Shown one piece after another: positions 30,082 to 39,575 of a stretch of DNA of 64,000 nt (position 1 is the stretch's first letter; every line of letters begins with the position of its first letter). The stretch spans positions 124,001 to 188,000 of the IMG/VR virus record IMGVR_UViG_3300027844_001828; one strand, 5' to 3'. A model generated the notes under the pieces. The model worked only from the letters and a program-made list of their open reading frames with translations. It searched no databases and had not been told where the DNA came from. A program made the translations under genes and the position numbers.

Positions 30082-31251
30082 ATGGAAATTGACATGATAA
30101 AATCAATGTTAGATTCAGATTTATACAAGTTTTCAATGCAAGCAGCAGTTCTTCACAATTTCCCCGGAGTAATTGTTGAATACCGTTTCAAATGCAGAAG
30201 TGTATGGGCGGATCTCGCCCAGCATAGGGATGAAATCGAGAGACAAATAGGTTTCCTTGGCAACCTTTACCTCACTCCCGACGAAGAGAAACAGGTTCGC
30301 GAGAAAATACCTTTCCTCAAGCCAGACTATGTTGATTTCCTTTCTGAATTCAGATTCAACCCTGATTTCGTGAAAGTTGAAACGATTTCTGATACTGAGA
30401 TTGATATTATTGTTCGCGGCCCATGGCTCCAAACAATTCCTTTCGAGGTCCCAATCCTTTCTATTGTTGAAGCAGTAGCATGCAAAGACTTAATGACTGA
30501 TGAAGCCTTGAGCATTGGCAGAAGAAACTTGGCTGACAAGATTGAAATCATCAAGGCCGTTGGTCCAGAATTCAAATTAGCAGATTTCGGGACTCGTCGC
30601 AGAGCGAGTTTCGAGCAGCAACGTTATGTTGTAGAGACACTTACGAATGAAGTTCCAAACAACTTTGTTGGGACAAGCAATGTCTCCCTCGCTTTAGATA
30701 ACAATATTAAACCAATCGGAACGATGGCGCATGAGTGGATTCAAGCAATGCAAGGTCTCACTTGGTTGCTCAATAGCCAGAAAATGGCTTTAGATATATG
30801 GATGAAAGAATATCGTGGTCAGCTTGGTATTGCTTTGTCCGACTGTCTTGGATACGCCGCTTTCCTTAGAGACTTCGATTTCCTCTTTTCGAAGAGCTAT
30901 GACGGCTGTCGCCATGACTCTGGCGATCCGTTTGAATGGGGTGAGAAGTTGATTAGACACTATGAATCAATGAGCATCGATCCGAAAACAAAGACAGCAG
31001 TATTCAGCGATGGTCTCGACATGATATTGGCCGTGAGGTTGTTTGAAAGGTTCCATGGGAGAATCAAAGTCTCTTTCGGCATTGGCACCCACTTGACCAA
31101 CGACCTTGGATTTGATCCTGTTCAGATCGTTTTGAAGATGGTCGAGTGTAATGGTCAACCGGTAGCAAAGATAAGCGACTCGTCTGGCAAGGGTATGTGT
31201 AATAACGCCGTATATCTTACCCATCTTAAAAACATGTTTGAGGTGGATTGA
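30082..31251 (+). CDS. pncB: nicotinate phosphoribosyltransferase
   Basis: LDSDLYKFSM, ADFGTRRR, GTSN, GTMAHEW, RHDSGDP, FSDGL, FGIGT, KISDS.GK. Confidence 0.93.
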   Translation: MEIDMIKSMLDSDLYKFSMQAAVLHNFPGVIVEYRFKCRSVWADLAQHRDEIERQIGFLGNLYLTPDEEKQVREKIPFLKPDYVDFLSEFRFNPDFVKVETISDTEIDIIVRGPWLQTIPFEVPILSIVEAVACKDLMTDEALSIGRRNLADKIEIIKAVGPEFKLADFGTRRRASFEQQRYVVETLTNEVPNNFVGTSNVSLALDNNIKPIGTMAHEWIQAMQGLTWLLNSQKMALDIWMKEYRGQLGIALSDCLGYAAFLRDFDFLFSKSYDGCRHDSGDPFEWGEKLIRHYESMSIDPKTKTAVFSDGLDMILAVRLFERFHGRIKVSFGIGTHLTNDLGFDPVQIVLKMVECNGQPVAKISDSSGKGMCNNAVYLTHLKNMFEVD

Positions 31252-31655
31252 TGGGTGAGATTATCTGTTTGGTAATATTCGCATTGGTGTGGGCTCATGA
31301 GCACTTCGCACCAGTAGTCAGAACTGTGGGCAAGGGTAAGATGTTTGAGACCCTTCAGGAATGGGCAGATTGGGCCTCACAGCAGAGGTTCCCTGCTCTA
31401 TGGGCTGAATGTTATGCAGGCTCTGATCTTGGATATCTTGATATCTTGACTCACGACTGCCATTGGAAATCCAAACCAAGTAAGCGTAGGTACGTGAGAA
31501 TATATGCCGTAAGAACACTTCTAGACATTTTGGGCCTTGATGCTTTTGAGCAACGATTTCTTGATAATAATGAAGATATAGCATGGGAGGAACCTGAAGA
31601 TAATGATGTACTCTATATACTGAGCCATTCATTCCTGTTAGCGGGAGTCGGATAG
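31248..31655 (+). CDS. hypothetical protein carrying a diverged copy of the beta-helix-module N-terminal cap
   Basis: N-terminal hydrophobic segment then FETLQEWADWA...LWAECYAGSDLG...YVRIYA. Confidence 0.6.
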   Translation: MMGEIICLVIFALVWAHEHFAPVVRTVGKGKMFETLQEWADWASQQRFPALWAECYAGSDLGYLDILTHDCHWKSKPSKRRYVRIYAVRTLLDILGLDAFEQRFLDNNEDIAWEEPEDNDVLYILSHSFLLAGVG

Positions 31656-31675
31656 TCGCTGTTATATCCGTTAAA

Positions 31676-31876
31676 TTGTCGGTGGTAGATCTTCCTGATA
31701 ATGTTATTTATACATTCTATGATAGGTCTGAATATGGCGAGGGGAAGTTCGGTATTCTTAATTACAAAGACCTTTTATTGATGAATAATATTCAAGTCGT
31801 TTCTGGAGAATTGGAAGCTGAATCAGTTGATAAATTGTTAGACGGAGTCATAGAAGAAGTTCCTATTGATTTCTGA
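31676..31876 (+). CDS. small hypothetical protein
   Basis: ORF track; TTG start; in + strand gene run. Confidence 0.4.
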   Translation: MSVVDLPDNVIYTFYDRSEYGEGKFGILNYKDLLLMNNIQVVSGELEAESVDKLLDGVIEEVPIDF

Positions 31877-31880
31877 ACAA

Positions 31881-32066
31881 ATGACAACCCGTCGAGGGAG
31901 AATTGAAACCCAGGCAGAAATGTGGGTTCCAATGATCAGGAAGCTAAACTTTGGAGAGACATATAAGGAAGCTCAATTGCGGGAGTATTTCGCATTCATT
32001 GGAAAGACTCATGGGGAAAATGTGTGTGAGGATATGAAAAAGATCTATAGAGAGTCAGAGAGCTAA
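31881..32066 (+). CDS. small hypothetical protein
   Basis: ATG 31881; convergent overlap with the next - strand gene. Confidence 0.5.
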   Translation: MTTRRGRIETQAEMWVPMIRKLNFGETYKEAQLREYFAFIGKTHGENVCEDMKKIYRESES

Positions 32067-32557
32067 GCCTTTATTTTGGCAATTATATCACTTGTCCCAG
32101 TGCCTTCAATATGTTTAAGCAATTCAATCTTGATTCCAAGGCCCTCAATAAACGTCCTTTCGGTCTGATTTATTGTATCCATAGTATAATCTCCGCCTTT
32201 CACATAGACCTCCGGTCTAATCTTATCAATATATGGTGTGAAGTCATCAGTATCAAATATGAATACATAGCCTACACACTCAAGAGAGGCCAACATGTAT
32301 GCACGTTCGTTTTCGCTGATAATAGGTCTGGAATCGCCCTTAAGTCGCTTAATATTGCTATCTGAGTCAATTCCGACAACAAGTAGGCTTGCAAGTTTAG
32401 AAGCTTCTTGTAAATATTTTACATGGCCACAGTGTAATAGATCAAAACATCCATTCGTGGTCACGATGGTAAAATCTTGAAGCCCCCGTCTCATAGCCTC
32501 TATTTTCCAAAAGCCTTTTTCAGTGATTATCTTTTCGGAGGGGTCTTTCATTAACAA
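32063..32557 (-). CDS. RfaE/HldE domain II-like nucleotidylyltransferase (heptose-1-phosphate adenylyltransferase family)
   Basis: TTNGCFDLLHCGHVKYL, VGIDSD.NIKRLKGDSRPI, YVKGGDY. Confidence 0.88.
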   Translation of the reverse strand: MLMKDPSEKIITEKGFWKIEAMRRGLQDFTIVTTNGCFDLLHCGHVKYLQEASKLASLLVVGIDSDSNIKRLKGDSRPIISENERAYMLASLECVGYVFIFDTDDFTPYIDKIRPEVYVKGGDYTMDTINQTERTFIEGLGIKIELLKHIEGTGTSDIIAKIKA

Positions 32558-32560
32558 TCC

Positions 32561-33577
32561 TTATGATTCGGCTTTGACCTTTGCCGCATTATACAATCCT
32601 CTGGAAACAGAATATAATGGGTCTCTCGCTAATTCAATAGAGGCAACTGGAATCGGGAATTCTTCTTCGATCTTTACCTTCATCACATCGATGAAACCAC
32701 CAACCATTGAAGTCCCACCGGCCACAACAATCTTAATAGGATCTGATATATTGGGGAGGCTTTTTGGATCGGTTGAAGAATACAACTCATTGAATTTGTC
32801 AACAATGTATTCAATCAATGATTCATAATAGATGGCAATAGCGTTCTCGACATTGTCCTTTCTATTCATAAGATCCATCCCAGCTTCTTTTCGATGCTGA
32901 ATGACGTTCATTGTTTCATTACATGCTATAGCCGCATTCTTATCAATGTAATCACCAGAACGGGCGATTGAGAAACTGAATATAGGCATGCCTAAGAAGG
33001 CGTAGCAGACATTTACCATTCCGGCACCGCATGATATTCCAATACCTGAAAAGCCTTCATCTTCCAATTCTGAATAAACAATAGCGAGGCCCTCATTCAT
33101 TTTGTAAGTATTCTTGTATCCAACGTTACTTAAGACGTTCTTTACAGTGCTTGCATGATATGTGACATCAAAATCAGCGTCGATTGGATCGGCTGGGATT
33201 GAATAGTAAACGATATCGTCTTCATTCTCAGGTTCTCCAAGGACACCCTTAATCAATTGAGAAACCATGACAGTGCTTTCGGGCTCAGCGGGATTGAGGA
33301 CACCATTTGACATCGGTCGCAAACATTCTTTATGGAATAGGTTCGCAAATTTGAAAGCGTCATCGCCAAGGATGTAAATGGTTTCGCCAATCTTGACGAA
33401 ATTAGCGCCAGATTTAATAAGCATGGATTCACCGAAATTCATTGCTGAACCGGCCATGAAGTTGCCTGGATCGATCTTGAAGAATACGTCTTTTACTTTA
33501 TGGTATTCAAACTGATCATCTTTCTTTTCTGAAGCAACAATATTACCTGTTCCAACATCTAAACCTACAAATCTCAT
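32561..33577 (-). CDS. actin-like (ASKHA) ATPase
   Basis: Phosphate-1 GLDVGTG, connect NEGLA, phosphate-2 ISCGAGMVN, adenosine VVAGGTS. Confidence 0.8.
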   Translation of the reverse strand: MRFVGLDVGTGNIVASEKKDDQFEYHKVKDVFFKIDPGNFMAGSAMNFGESMLIKSGANFVKIGETIYILGDDAFKFANLFHKECLRPMSNGVLNPAEPESTVMVSQLIKGVLGEPENEDDIVYYSIPADPIDADFDVTYHASTVKNVLSNVGYKNTYKMNEGLAIVYSELEDEGFSGIGISCGAGMVNVCYAFLGMPIFSFSIARSGDYIDKNAAIACNETMNVIQHRKEAGMDLMNRKDNVENAIAIYYESLIEYIVDKFNELYSSTDPKSLPNISDPIKIVVAGGTSMVGGFIDVMKVKIEEEFPIPVASIELARDPLYSVSRGLYNAAKVKAES

Positions 33578-33578
33578 A

Positions 33579-33884
33579 TTACTCTCCTTTTATTTGTCCA
33601 ATTCTTTTTCCGTCAAAAGAACTTGTTACTTGAAATTGTCCAATTTCCATCGGCATGTCTTCAACAACCTTTTTTCTTTTTTTCTTTTTCGAACTTGGGA
33701 TGTCGTCAAGGCTGACTTTCTCTTCTTCAGGGATAGCCCTGTTGTCAGTATTGTTCATTTTCTTTGGAAATTTATAATCAATAAACCGAATTCCAGCGTA
33801 AACTAATACAATAGTCACTGCCAAAGGAATGGCAAGGACCAATAATAATAGACCAAATAGTAAAATGTTTCCAGCGGTAAACAA
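33579..33884 (-). CDS. membrane-anchored hypothetical protein
   Basis: N-terminal TM helix, poly-Lys patch; co-oriented upstream of the actin-like gene. Confidence 0.65.
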   Translation of the reverse strand: MFTAGNILLFGLLLLVLAIPLAVTIVLVYAGIRFIDYKFPKKMNNTDNRAIPEEEKVSLDDIPSSKKKKRKKVVEDMPMEIGQFQVTSSFDGKRIGQIKGE

Positions 33885-33969
33885 TTATGACTCCAGTTTA
33901 TCTATATAATTACTTTTTTATATTAATTTAGTCCTGCTTTATATTGTACATCAAAAATTGAAAATGGGC

Positions 33970-33997
33970 TTGAATTATGGAGAAATAACGGTATAAT
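33970..33997 (+). promoter_or_regulatory. sigma70-like promoter (TTGAAT-N16-TATAAT)
   Basis: Consensus -10; divergent intergenic region. Confidence 0.65.
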
Positions 33998-34069
33998 ATA
34001 ACATGTTCAGACTCTCATTTTGGTAGAGGGTCATTATTTGTATTATTAAGAATAACGGAGAACAAGCAA

Positions 34070-34429
34070 ATGACAAATAGTATTTGTTGTGAAGAGATGA
34101 GCGAGCTTTTGAAAGGACTAACCAACGCAGAGAGGAAAGGCGTCAAGGCTCTCTTAACAGATGGTGGGTCAATTGATGAGATGGTTATTGAGGGTGATGG
34201 TTTCATTCCCAATGTCATTTTCAGATTTTGCCCTTTCTGCGGACACGAAGTGAGTGAGAAAGCAGACGTTACTAAATCCAGTCTCCAATTGGATTTGGAA
34301 AAGATCGTTGGCGAATCAATCGACGAATCAACCCCCGATTTCAAACGTGCGGCTCTTGCAGAAGACAAGGTTAGTCGTATTGGCTCCCTCATTAGTAGGG
34401 CAGCGGCAAAAGGGGCTTTCAAGAAATAG
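34070..34429 (+). CDS. hypothetical protein (CPFCG motif)
   Basis: GGAG RBS; ORF track. Confidence 0.65.
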   Translation: MTNSICCEEMSELLKGLTNAERKGVKALLTDGGSIDEMVIEGDGFIPNVIFRFCPFCGHEVSEKADVTKSSLQLDLEKIVGESIDESTPDFKRAALAEDKVSRIGSLISRAAAKGAFKK

Positions 34430-34443
34430 AGGAACAAAACACA

Positions 34444-34587
34444 ATGGCAAAGAGTAGATTACAGTATAAATTACGCTATTACTTTAGAAATTTTATGCAT
34501 CTCGTTGGGGTTTGCCCAGAATGTAGATCGAGAGTTAATTATGCACGGGGCGGATATACTGTGTGCCCATCATGTGGAGCAAGATAA
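34444..34587 (+). CDS. small zinc-ribbon protein (47 aa; not in ORF track)
   Basis: GAGG RBS; CPEC...CPSC; TAA immediately before the next ATG. Confidence 0.6.
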   Translation: MAKSRLQYKLRYYFRNFMHLVGVCPECRSRVNYARGGYTVCPSCGAR

Positions 34588-34588
34588 T

Positions 34589-34861
34589 ATGATACAATTT
34601 CTATCAATAAATTTAATGGGATGGAAGGACATTATTCCCTTAAGAGACGTTTCTTTTAGGGTGCTAAGATATAAAAAAACTTCAATAATGAAAGTTTTTG
34701 TTGGAAATCATTTGGGACCAGAAAAAAGGTTCATCACACTAAAGTTTGACACGAAAAGCGGCGCAGATGAATCCATGGATCAAATAGGTGGAGCCATAAA
34801 TCAGAATAAAGTTTTTGTGGAAGTGTCTGGCACTTATGAACTATGCTACGGAGCCAAATGA
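34589..34861 (+). CDS. hypothetical protein
   Basis: ATG 34589 preferred over the TTG at 34505, which overlaps the zinc-ribbon ORF. Confidence 0.55.
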   Translation: MIQFLSINLMGWKDIIPLRDVSFRVLRYKKTSIMKVFVGNHLGPEKRFITLKFDTKSGADESMDQIGGAINQNKVFVEVSGTYELCYGAK

Positions 34862-35244
34862 AGAATCGAGTTCTCCCAAGCGAAGAGTGCAAAGATGGGT
34901 ATTTGTATCAAATCATTGCCAGGAACGCATACGCTGGCGTTTGGGTCGCTGAGAAAAGGCTATTTATAATAAGGCGAGTCAAGTCCAAAAGCGTATACTT
35001 GTGTCAAGAATTGCATTGGGACTCTCATGATCGTCATGGGACGGCTCAACCAATTAGAGAGATTTGCAAAGCCCCAGACCTCGAAGGTCAAGAATTGATT
35101 GACTTTTTGAAAGAGACAGAAGATGATATTTGGGAAAATCACGATGCTCCATTCTGGACCCATGAAGGCACTGACGAATCCAGAGAGAAATGGGGATATA
35201 CTGTACAAAACTGGGAAAAACAGTTTGACAAACGCGATAGATAG
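34858..35244 (+). CDS. hypothetical phage protein
   Basis: ATGA overlap with the upstream gene. Confidence 0.65.
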   Translation: MKNRVLPSEECKDGYLYQIIARNAYAGVWVAEKRLFIIRRVKSKSVYLCQELHWDSHDRHGTAQPIREICKAPDLEGQELIDFLKETEDDIWENHDAPFWTHEGTDESREKWGYTVQNWEKQFDKRDR

Positions 35245-35291
35245 TCTATGTTGTTAGAATAGTCAAAAACACCGAACCCAAGATAAGTACT

Positions 35292-37226
35292 ATGACAATA
35301 CGTGGATACCACAAGATCGCTATTGCTGTACCCAAGCTCACCCTTGCAGATCCAGCCGCAAACGCTGAAGAAATTTGTAAGCAGATATCCTCTGTGCAAA
35401 ACACAGGTGTTTCAGTGATGCTTTTCCCGGAACTCTGTGTGACTGGATACTCATGTGGAGACCTCTTCCAGAGTAGAGCCTTGATAGAGGCCGGGTATGC
35501 TGCTTTAGGTAAAATCGCTGAAATGACAAAATGGGTTGACGGTTTACAAAGCGTCCCCACGGTGATTGTCGGCGCTCCCATTATAGCGTATGGAAAGTTG
35601 TATAACTGTGCTATAGTAATCTCTGATGGCAAAGTTTCTGGAATAGTACCAAAGAGTTACCTCCCCAACTACAAAGAGTTTTATGAGAAGAGATGGTTTG
35701 CTTCTGGAAAGGGGGTCAAAAACGACTCTTTGTCAGGGATTAATGATAGTCAAATAAGTTTCGGCACCGATTTGATTTTTAATTGCCGCAATGACGATCC
35801 ATTCCCCTTTGCTGTTGAAGTGTGCGAAGACTTGTGGGCTGTAAACCCTCCCAGCAATGATTACGCACTTGCCGGTGCCGAAGCTATTTTTAACTTGTCA
35901 GCGAGTAATGAACTTGTTGGTAAAGCATCTTTTAGAAAAGATCTTGTGGTTGCACATAGCGCCAAATTAATGTCTGCATATTTTTATGCCTCATCTGGAA
36001 TTTACGAGTCTGTTTCAGACGTGGTATTCGGTGGACATATGATGGCCGCAGTAAACGGGCACTTGATTAAAGAGAACGATAGGTTCAATCGTGAATCAGA
36101 AGTGATGACTGTTGCCGTTGATTTTGAAGCTATAGAACAACAACGTCGTTCCGAATCAATCTTTAGAGATTATGACACCATTGAAATGAGAGGTCAGGAT
36201 GTCAATCTTTACCGAACTGCCAATGCTGACTATTCAGATCTTGTCATTGATCCACATCCATTTGTCCCGTCTAATGAAAGTGTCATGAATGAGCGGTGTC
36301 AAGAGATTTTCACGATTCAATCAACAGCACTCGCCAATCGACTTCAACATGTCGGTGAAAATACGAAAGCGGTTATTGGCGTATCGGGAGGACTTGATTC
36401 AACACTTGCACTTCTTGTTGTTGAAAAAGCATTCAAACTCTTGGATAAAGATCTTGAAGATATCATTGCAGTAACAATGCCTGGACCCGGAACGTCAGAT
36501 AGAACCTTTAAAAATGCAAACGAGTTGTGTTTTGAAATGGGCATGGGATTAAAGGAAATAAGAATTAAAGAGGCTTGTGAACAACACTTAAAAGACATTG
36601 GACATGAATCGACAAGTGATGTGACATACGAAAACGTTCAAGCCCGTGAGCGCACACAAGTATTAATGGACCTTGCCAACAAACATGACGGTATCGTCAT
36701 TGGAACAGGTGATCTTTCAGAGATCGCACTTGGCTGGTGTACATATAATGGGGATCACATATCAATGTATGCTGTTAATTGCAGTGTTCCTAAGACCTTG
36801 GTGAAGCACTTGGTTTCATGGGTGGCTGATAGTGGTAATGTTACCACCAGAACAGGGGAAATTTTGCATGATATTGTTGATACGCCAATCTCTCCAGAAT
36901 TACTTGCGCCAAAAGATGGTGAGATCTCTCAAAAGACAGAAGATATCATCGGACCATATGAGCTTCATGATTTTTTCCTTTACTATACAATAAAGTTTGG
37001 GTTTACACCTGATAAGATTATCACTCTTGCCAAACTCGCATTCACAGAATATGAAGAGGCGGAGATTAAAACTTGTATGGAGACTTTTATCAAGAGATTT
37101 TTTGGGAATCAATTCAAACGCAATTGCATACCTGACGGGCCAAAGGTCGGTAGTATCTCATTGTCGCCTCGTGGAGACTGGAGAATGCCAGTTGAGGCCA
37201 GTTCAGCGGCCTGGATGAAAAGTTGA
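35292..37226 (+). CDS. nadE: glutamine-dependent NAD+ synthetase
   Basis: Nitrilase triad FPELC / PKSYLPNYKEFYE / VCEDLW; synthetase GVSGGLDST, ENVQARERT, GDLSEIALGW, FKRNCIPDGPKVG; promoter TTGACA-N16-TATGTT at 35225-35252. Confidence 0.96.
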   Translation: MTIRGYHKIAIAVPKLTLADPAANAEEICKQISSVQNTGVSVMLFPELCVTGYSCGDLFQSRALIEAGYAALGKIAEMTKWVDGLQSVPTVIVGAPIIAYGKLYNCAIVISDGKVSGIVPKSYLPNYKEFYEKRWFASGKGVKNDSLSGINDSQISFGTDLIFNCRNDDPFPFAVEVCEDLWAVNPPSNDYALAGAEAIFNLSASNELVGKASFRKDLVVAHSAKLMSAYFYASSGIYESVSDVVFGGHMMAAVNGHLIKENDRFNRESEVMTVAVDFEAIEQQRRSESIFRDYDTIEMRGQDVNLYRTANADYSDLVIDPHPFVPSNESVMNERCQEIFTIQSTALANRLQHVGENTKAVIGVSGGLDSTLALLVVEKAFKLLDKDLEDIIAVTMPGPGTSDRTFKNANELCFEMGMGLKEIRIKEACEQHLKDIGHESTSDVTYENVQARERTQVLMDLANKHDGIVIGTGDLSEIALGWCTYNGDHISMYAVNCSVPKTLVKHLVSWVADSGNVTTRTGEILHDIVDTPISPELLAPKDGEISQKTEDIIGPYELHDFFLYYTIKFGFTPDKIITLAKLAFTEYEEAEIKTCMETFIKRFFGNQFKRNCIPDGPKVGSISLSPRGDWRMPVEASSAAWMKS

Positions 37227-37243
37227 AAATGTCCCATATGGGC

Positions 37244-37271
37244 TTGACAAAGATCGATTTGGAACTATAGT
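37244..37271 (+). promoter_or_regulatory. sigma70-like promoter (TTGACA-N16-TATAGT)
   Basis: Direct reading upstream of clpP. Confidence 0.7.
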
Positions 37272-37394
37272 ATGCATGTTTGAGAGTAATAGAAACGATA
37301 AACAATCTTGAAGAATAGATTTCCGATCTTAATAAAAGAAACACATATCTTGCGGATTCTTTTTAAAAATCAGTAAAAATAAACGGAGGTAAAA

Positions 37395-37949
37395 ATGAGT
37401 GAGGAATCAGCGAAAATATTGACCCTAGAGGATTATCATTATCATCTATTCAACAAGGAATTCAATCGCGAAAGTACTGGTGAGGCGATGTCATTTATTA
37501 TTACCAGGAATTTGATGAAAGAAAAGAAGCCTGAAGTTTTGAAAATGGTTATCACTTCTCCAGGCGGAGATGTCAGTTCTGCTTTTGCTCTAATTGATAC
37601 AATGAAGGGATCAAAAATACCCATATACACTTATGGATTGGGAGTCGTCGCTAGTTGTGGCGTGTTAACGTTTATTGCCGGAGAAAAAGGGCATCGATAC
37701 ATTACAAAGAACACACAGATACTTTCTCATCAATATCAATGGGGAAGCTATGACAAATATCATGAGTTAATGTCAATCGTGGGTGAATTCAAAAATATCC
37801 ACAAAAGGTTCATTCGACATTACAAGAAATGCACTGGCTTATCGAAAAAGGAGATTAAGAAGTATCTTCTTCCCGCTAAGGACGTTTGGTTGACAGCACA
37901 AGACGCTGTTGATCTCGGCATGGCAGATGAAATCGTTGATTTTTATTAA
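37395..37949 (+). CDS. clpP: ATP-dependent Clp protease proteolytic subunit
   Basis: ITSPGG, VASCG (Ser), LSHQ (His), KDVWLTAQDAVDLGMAD (Asp). Confidence 0.92.
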   Translation: MSEESAKILTLEDYHYHLFNKEFNRESTGEAMSFIITRNLMKEKKPEVLKMVITSPGGDVSSAFALIDTMKGSKIPIYTYGLGVVASCGVLTFIAGEKGHRYITKNTQILSHQYQWGSYDKYHELMSIVGEFKNIHKRFIRHYKKCTGLSKKEIKKYLLPAKDVWLTAQDAVDLGMADEIVDFY

Positions 37950-37962
37950 GGGTAGGTGAATC

Positions 37963-38466
37963 ATGGAAAAAGAAGAATTTAATAAATTTTCCGAAGGGGC
38001 AGAAAAATTACAGGAATCAACTGATTATGATGATAGGGGCGGCTCACTTAAGAAGACTCTTTATCAGAAAAACGGAGAAAAGTTTTTAACTTGGGACTCT
38101 GATGGTGAGATTATTTTGTTTGAAGATGTAAATGTTAGACAACAAATGCAGGTTTTTGACGATCAATTTCGTCCAATAGCTACATTCAAAACAGGGCTCT
38201 GTGACGGAGATAAGTTTTACGCAACAATCGATTATGAAGAGGGCCTTGTCGTTTGGGGAGTCGGTTGGACTAAAAATGGCTCGTTGGTAGAGGCTATTAA
38301 ATCGTTTAGGAACACTTCAGGGTATGTAGGCTTGGTCGATGTGAATTTCGAAACTATACCATGCAGCAAGGAAGCTTACGATAAGATAGTGACTAATGGC
38401 GGTGACACAGATGTCACTAAGTATTTAATAGTCGAGGATGGTATACTTGGAGTTGTACAGACATGA
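37963..38466 (+). CDS. hypothetical protein
   Basis: AGGTG RBS; ORF track. Confidence 0.7.
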   Translation: MEKEEFNKFSEGAEKLQESTDYDDRGGSLKKTLYQKNGEKFLTWDSDGEIILFEDVNVRQQMQVFDDQFRPIATFKTGLCDGDKFYATIDYEEGLVVWGVGWTKNGSLVEAIKSFRNTSGYVGLVDVNFETIPCSKEAYDKIVTNGGDTDVTKYLIVEDGILGVVQT

Positions 38467-38551
38467 TTTACAAAGTCAGAGGGCTTAAGATGAAATACGG
38501 ATACGATGAAAAAGATCAAGTTGAAGATGAAGAAGTCACTTTCACAATCAA

Positions 38552-38785
38552 ATGTACAATGAGAAAGCGTTGGGGAATATTTCTAATCCATATGAAGGAG
38601 ATAGTTTAAGCGCTTTAGAATGTTTTAACTTAGCTGTTGAGGCTGGCGGAGTCTATCATGCTGAGAACTTCAGTGTTAAAGTTTATGAATTTTTAGATGT
38701 AGATCCCAAGTTCATAGATTTTGTAAAGAGAGAGATTGTTGATTATGATCATTCTAAACATAGTAATTTTTACATAGTGGATTAA
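38552..38785 (+). CDS. hypothetical protein
   Basis: ORF track; start uncertain (overlaps a short ORF from 38490). Confidence 0.4.
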   Translation: MYNEKALGNISNPYEGDSLSALECFNLAVEAGGVYHAENFSVKVYEFLDVDPKFIDFVKREIVDYDHSKHSNFYIVD

Positions 38786-38801
38786 AAACAAAGAGTTAGC
38801 G

Positions 38802-39119
38802 ATGAATATAACAGTCACAAAAGCAGCCAAAGATAAGATCTTGACATATATCCAAGATGGAAGTAAAGTTCTGAGAATAACTGTAGTTCCAGGCGGATGT
38901 GCTGGACACACTTTTGGAGCAGACTTGAGTTCAGCGAGCATAGATGACGAGGTTATTTATGAAGCCGGAGCAATAAAGATCGTCTCAGACCAAAAAAGCA
39001 TGTTGTTCTTCGACGAATTGTCGATAGACTATTCCCAAGACTTGATCCAATCTGGATTCAAGATCACAAGTTCTGGAGCATCAGGCTCTTGCGGATGTGG
39101 AGCAAGTTTTTCTGTGTAA
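38802..39119 (+). CDS. HesB/IscA family Fe-S cluster assembly accessory protein
   Basis: GGCAG and C-terminal SCGCGASF. Confidence 0.9.
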   Translation: MNITVTKAAKDKILTYIQDGSKVLRITVVPGGCAGHTFGADLSSASIDDEVIYEAGAIKIVSDQKSMLFFDELSIDYSQDLIQSGFKITSSGASGSCGCGASFSV

Positions 39120-39173
39120 CGACTTGCTATCCCCGAATGATGAACTATGTTATGAGTCTAAGAGGAACTAACT

Positions 39174-39557
39174 ATGTACAAAATCAAAATAACCTATGAT
39201 ACCGGAGACTCGTTCAACCATTATACTGATCAGGTTGAATATCTTGACATCACCTTCAAGGATCTCGAAAAAGCCAAATAGGCTATTTTCGAGATTGAAG
39301 AACATTACACTTTCTATATAACCTATAAGGAAGAGACAAATGTTGGCAAGAAGGAAAAGTCAAAGGCGTTACGTGATGCTGAGAAGAAGCATTGGCATAA
39401 CAGGGAGTATACATTATTTACTATTCATCTTGAAAACGATGATGGAGAAAGAGTTGACGAACATGTTTTCTGGTGCGGATATTTTGAAACACTTGGTGGC
39501 GCAGAAATTGAAGCGGAACCTGAAAGTGGAATGTCATTTAAGCCAAATAGATATTAG
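39174..39557 (+). pseudogene. 127-codon phage hypothetical gene interrupted by in-frame TAG at 39279-39281
   Basis: Frame open before and after the stop (…KDLEKAK*AIFEIEEHY…FWCGYFETL…); own promoter (39124-39151) and GAGG RBS. Confidence 0.65.
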
Positions 39558-39575
39558 CAAAGGAAATAAAAAATT

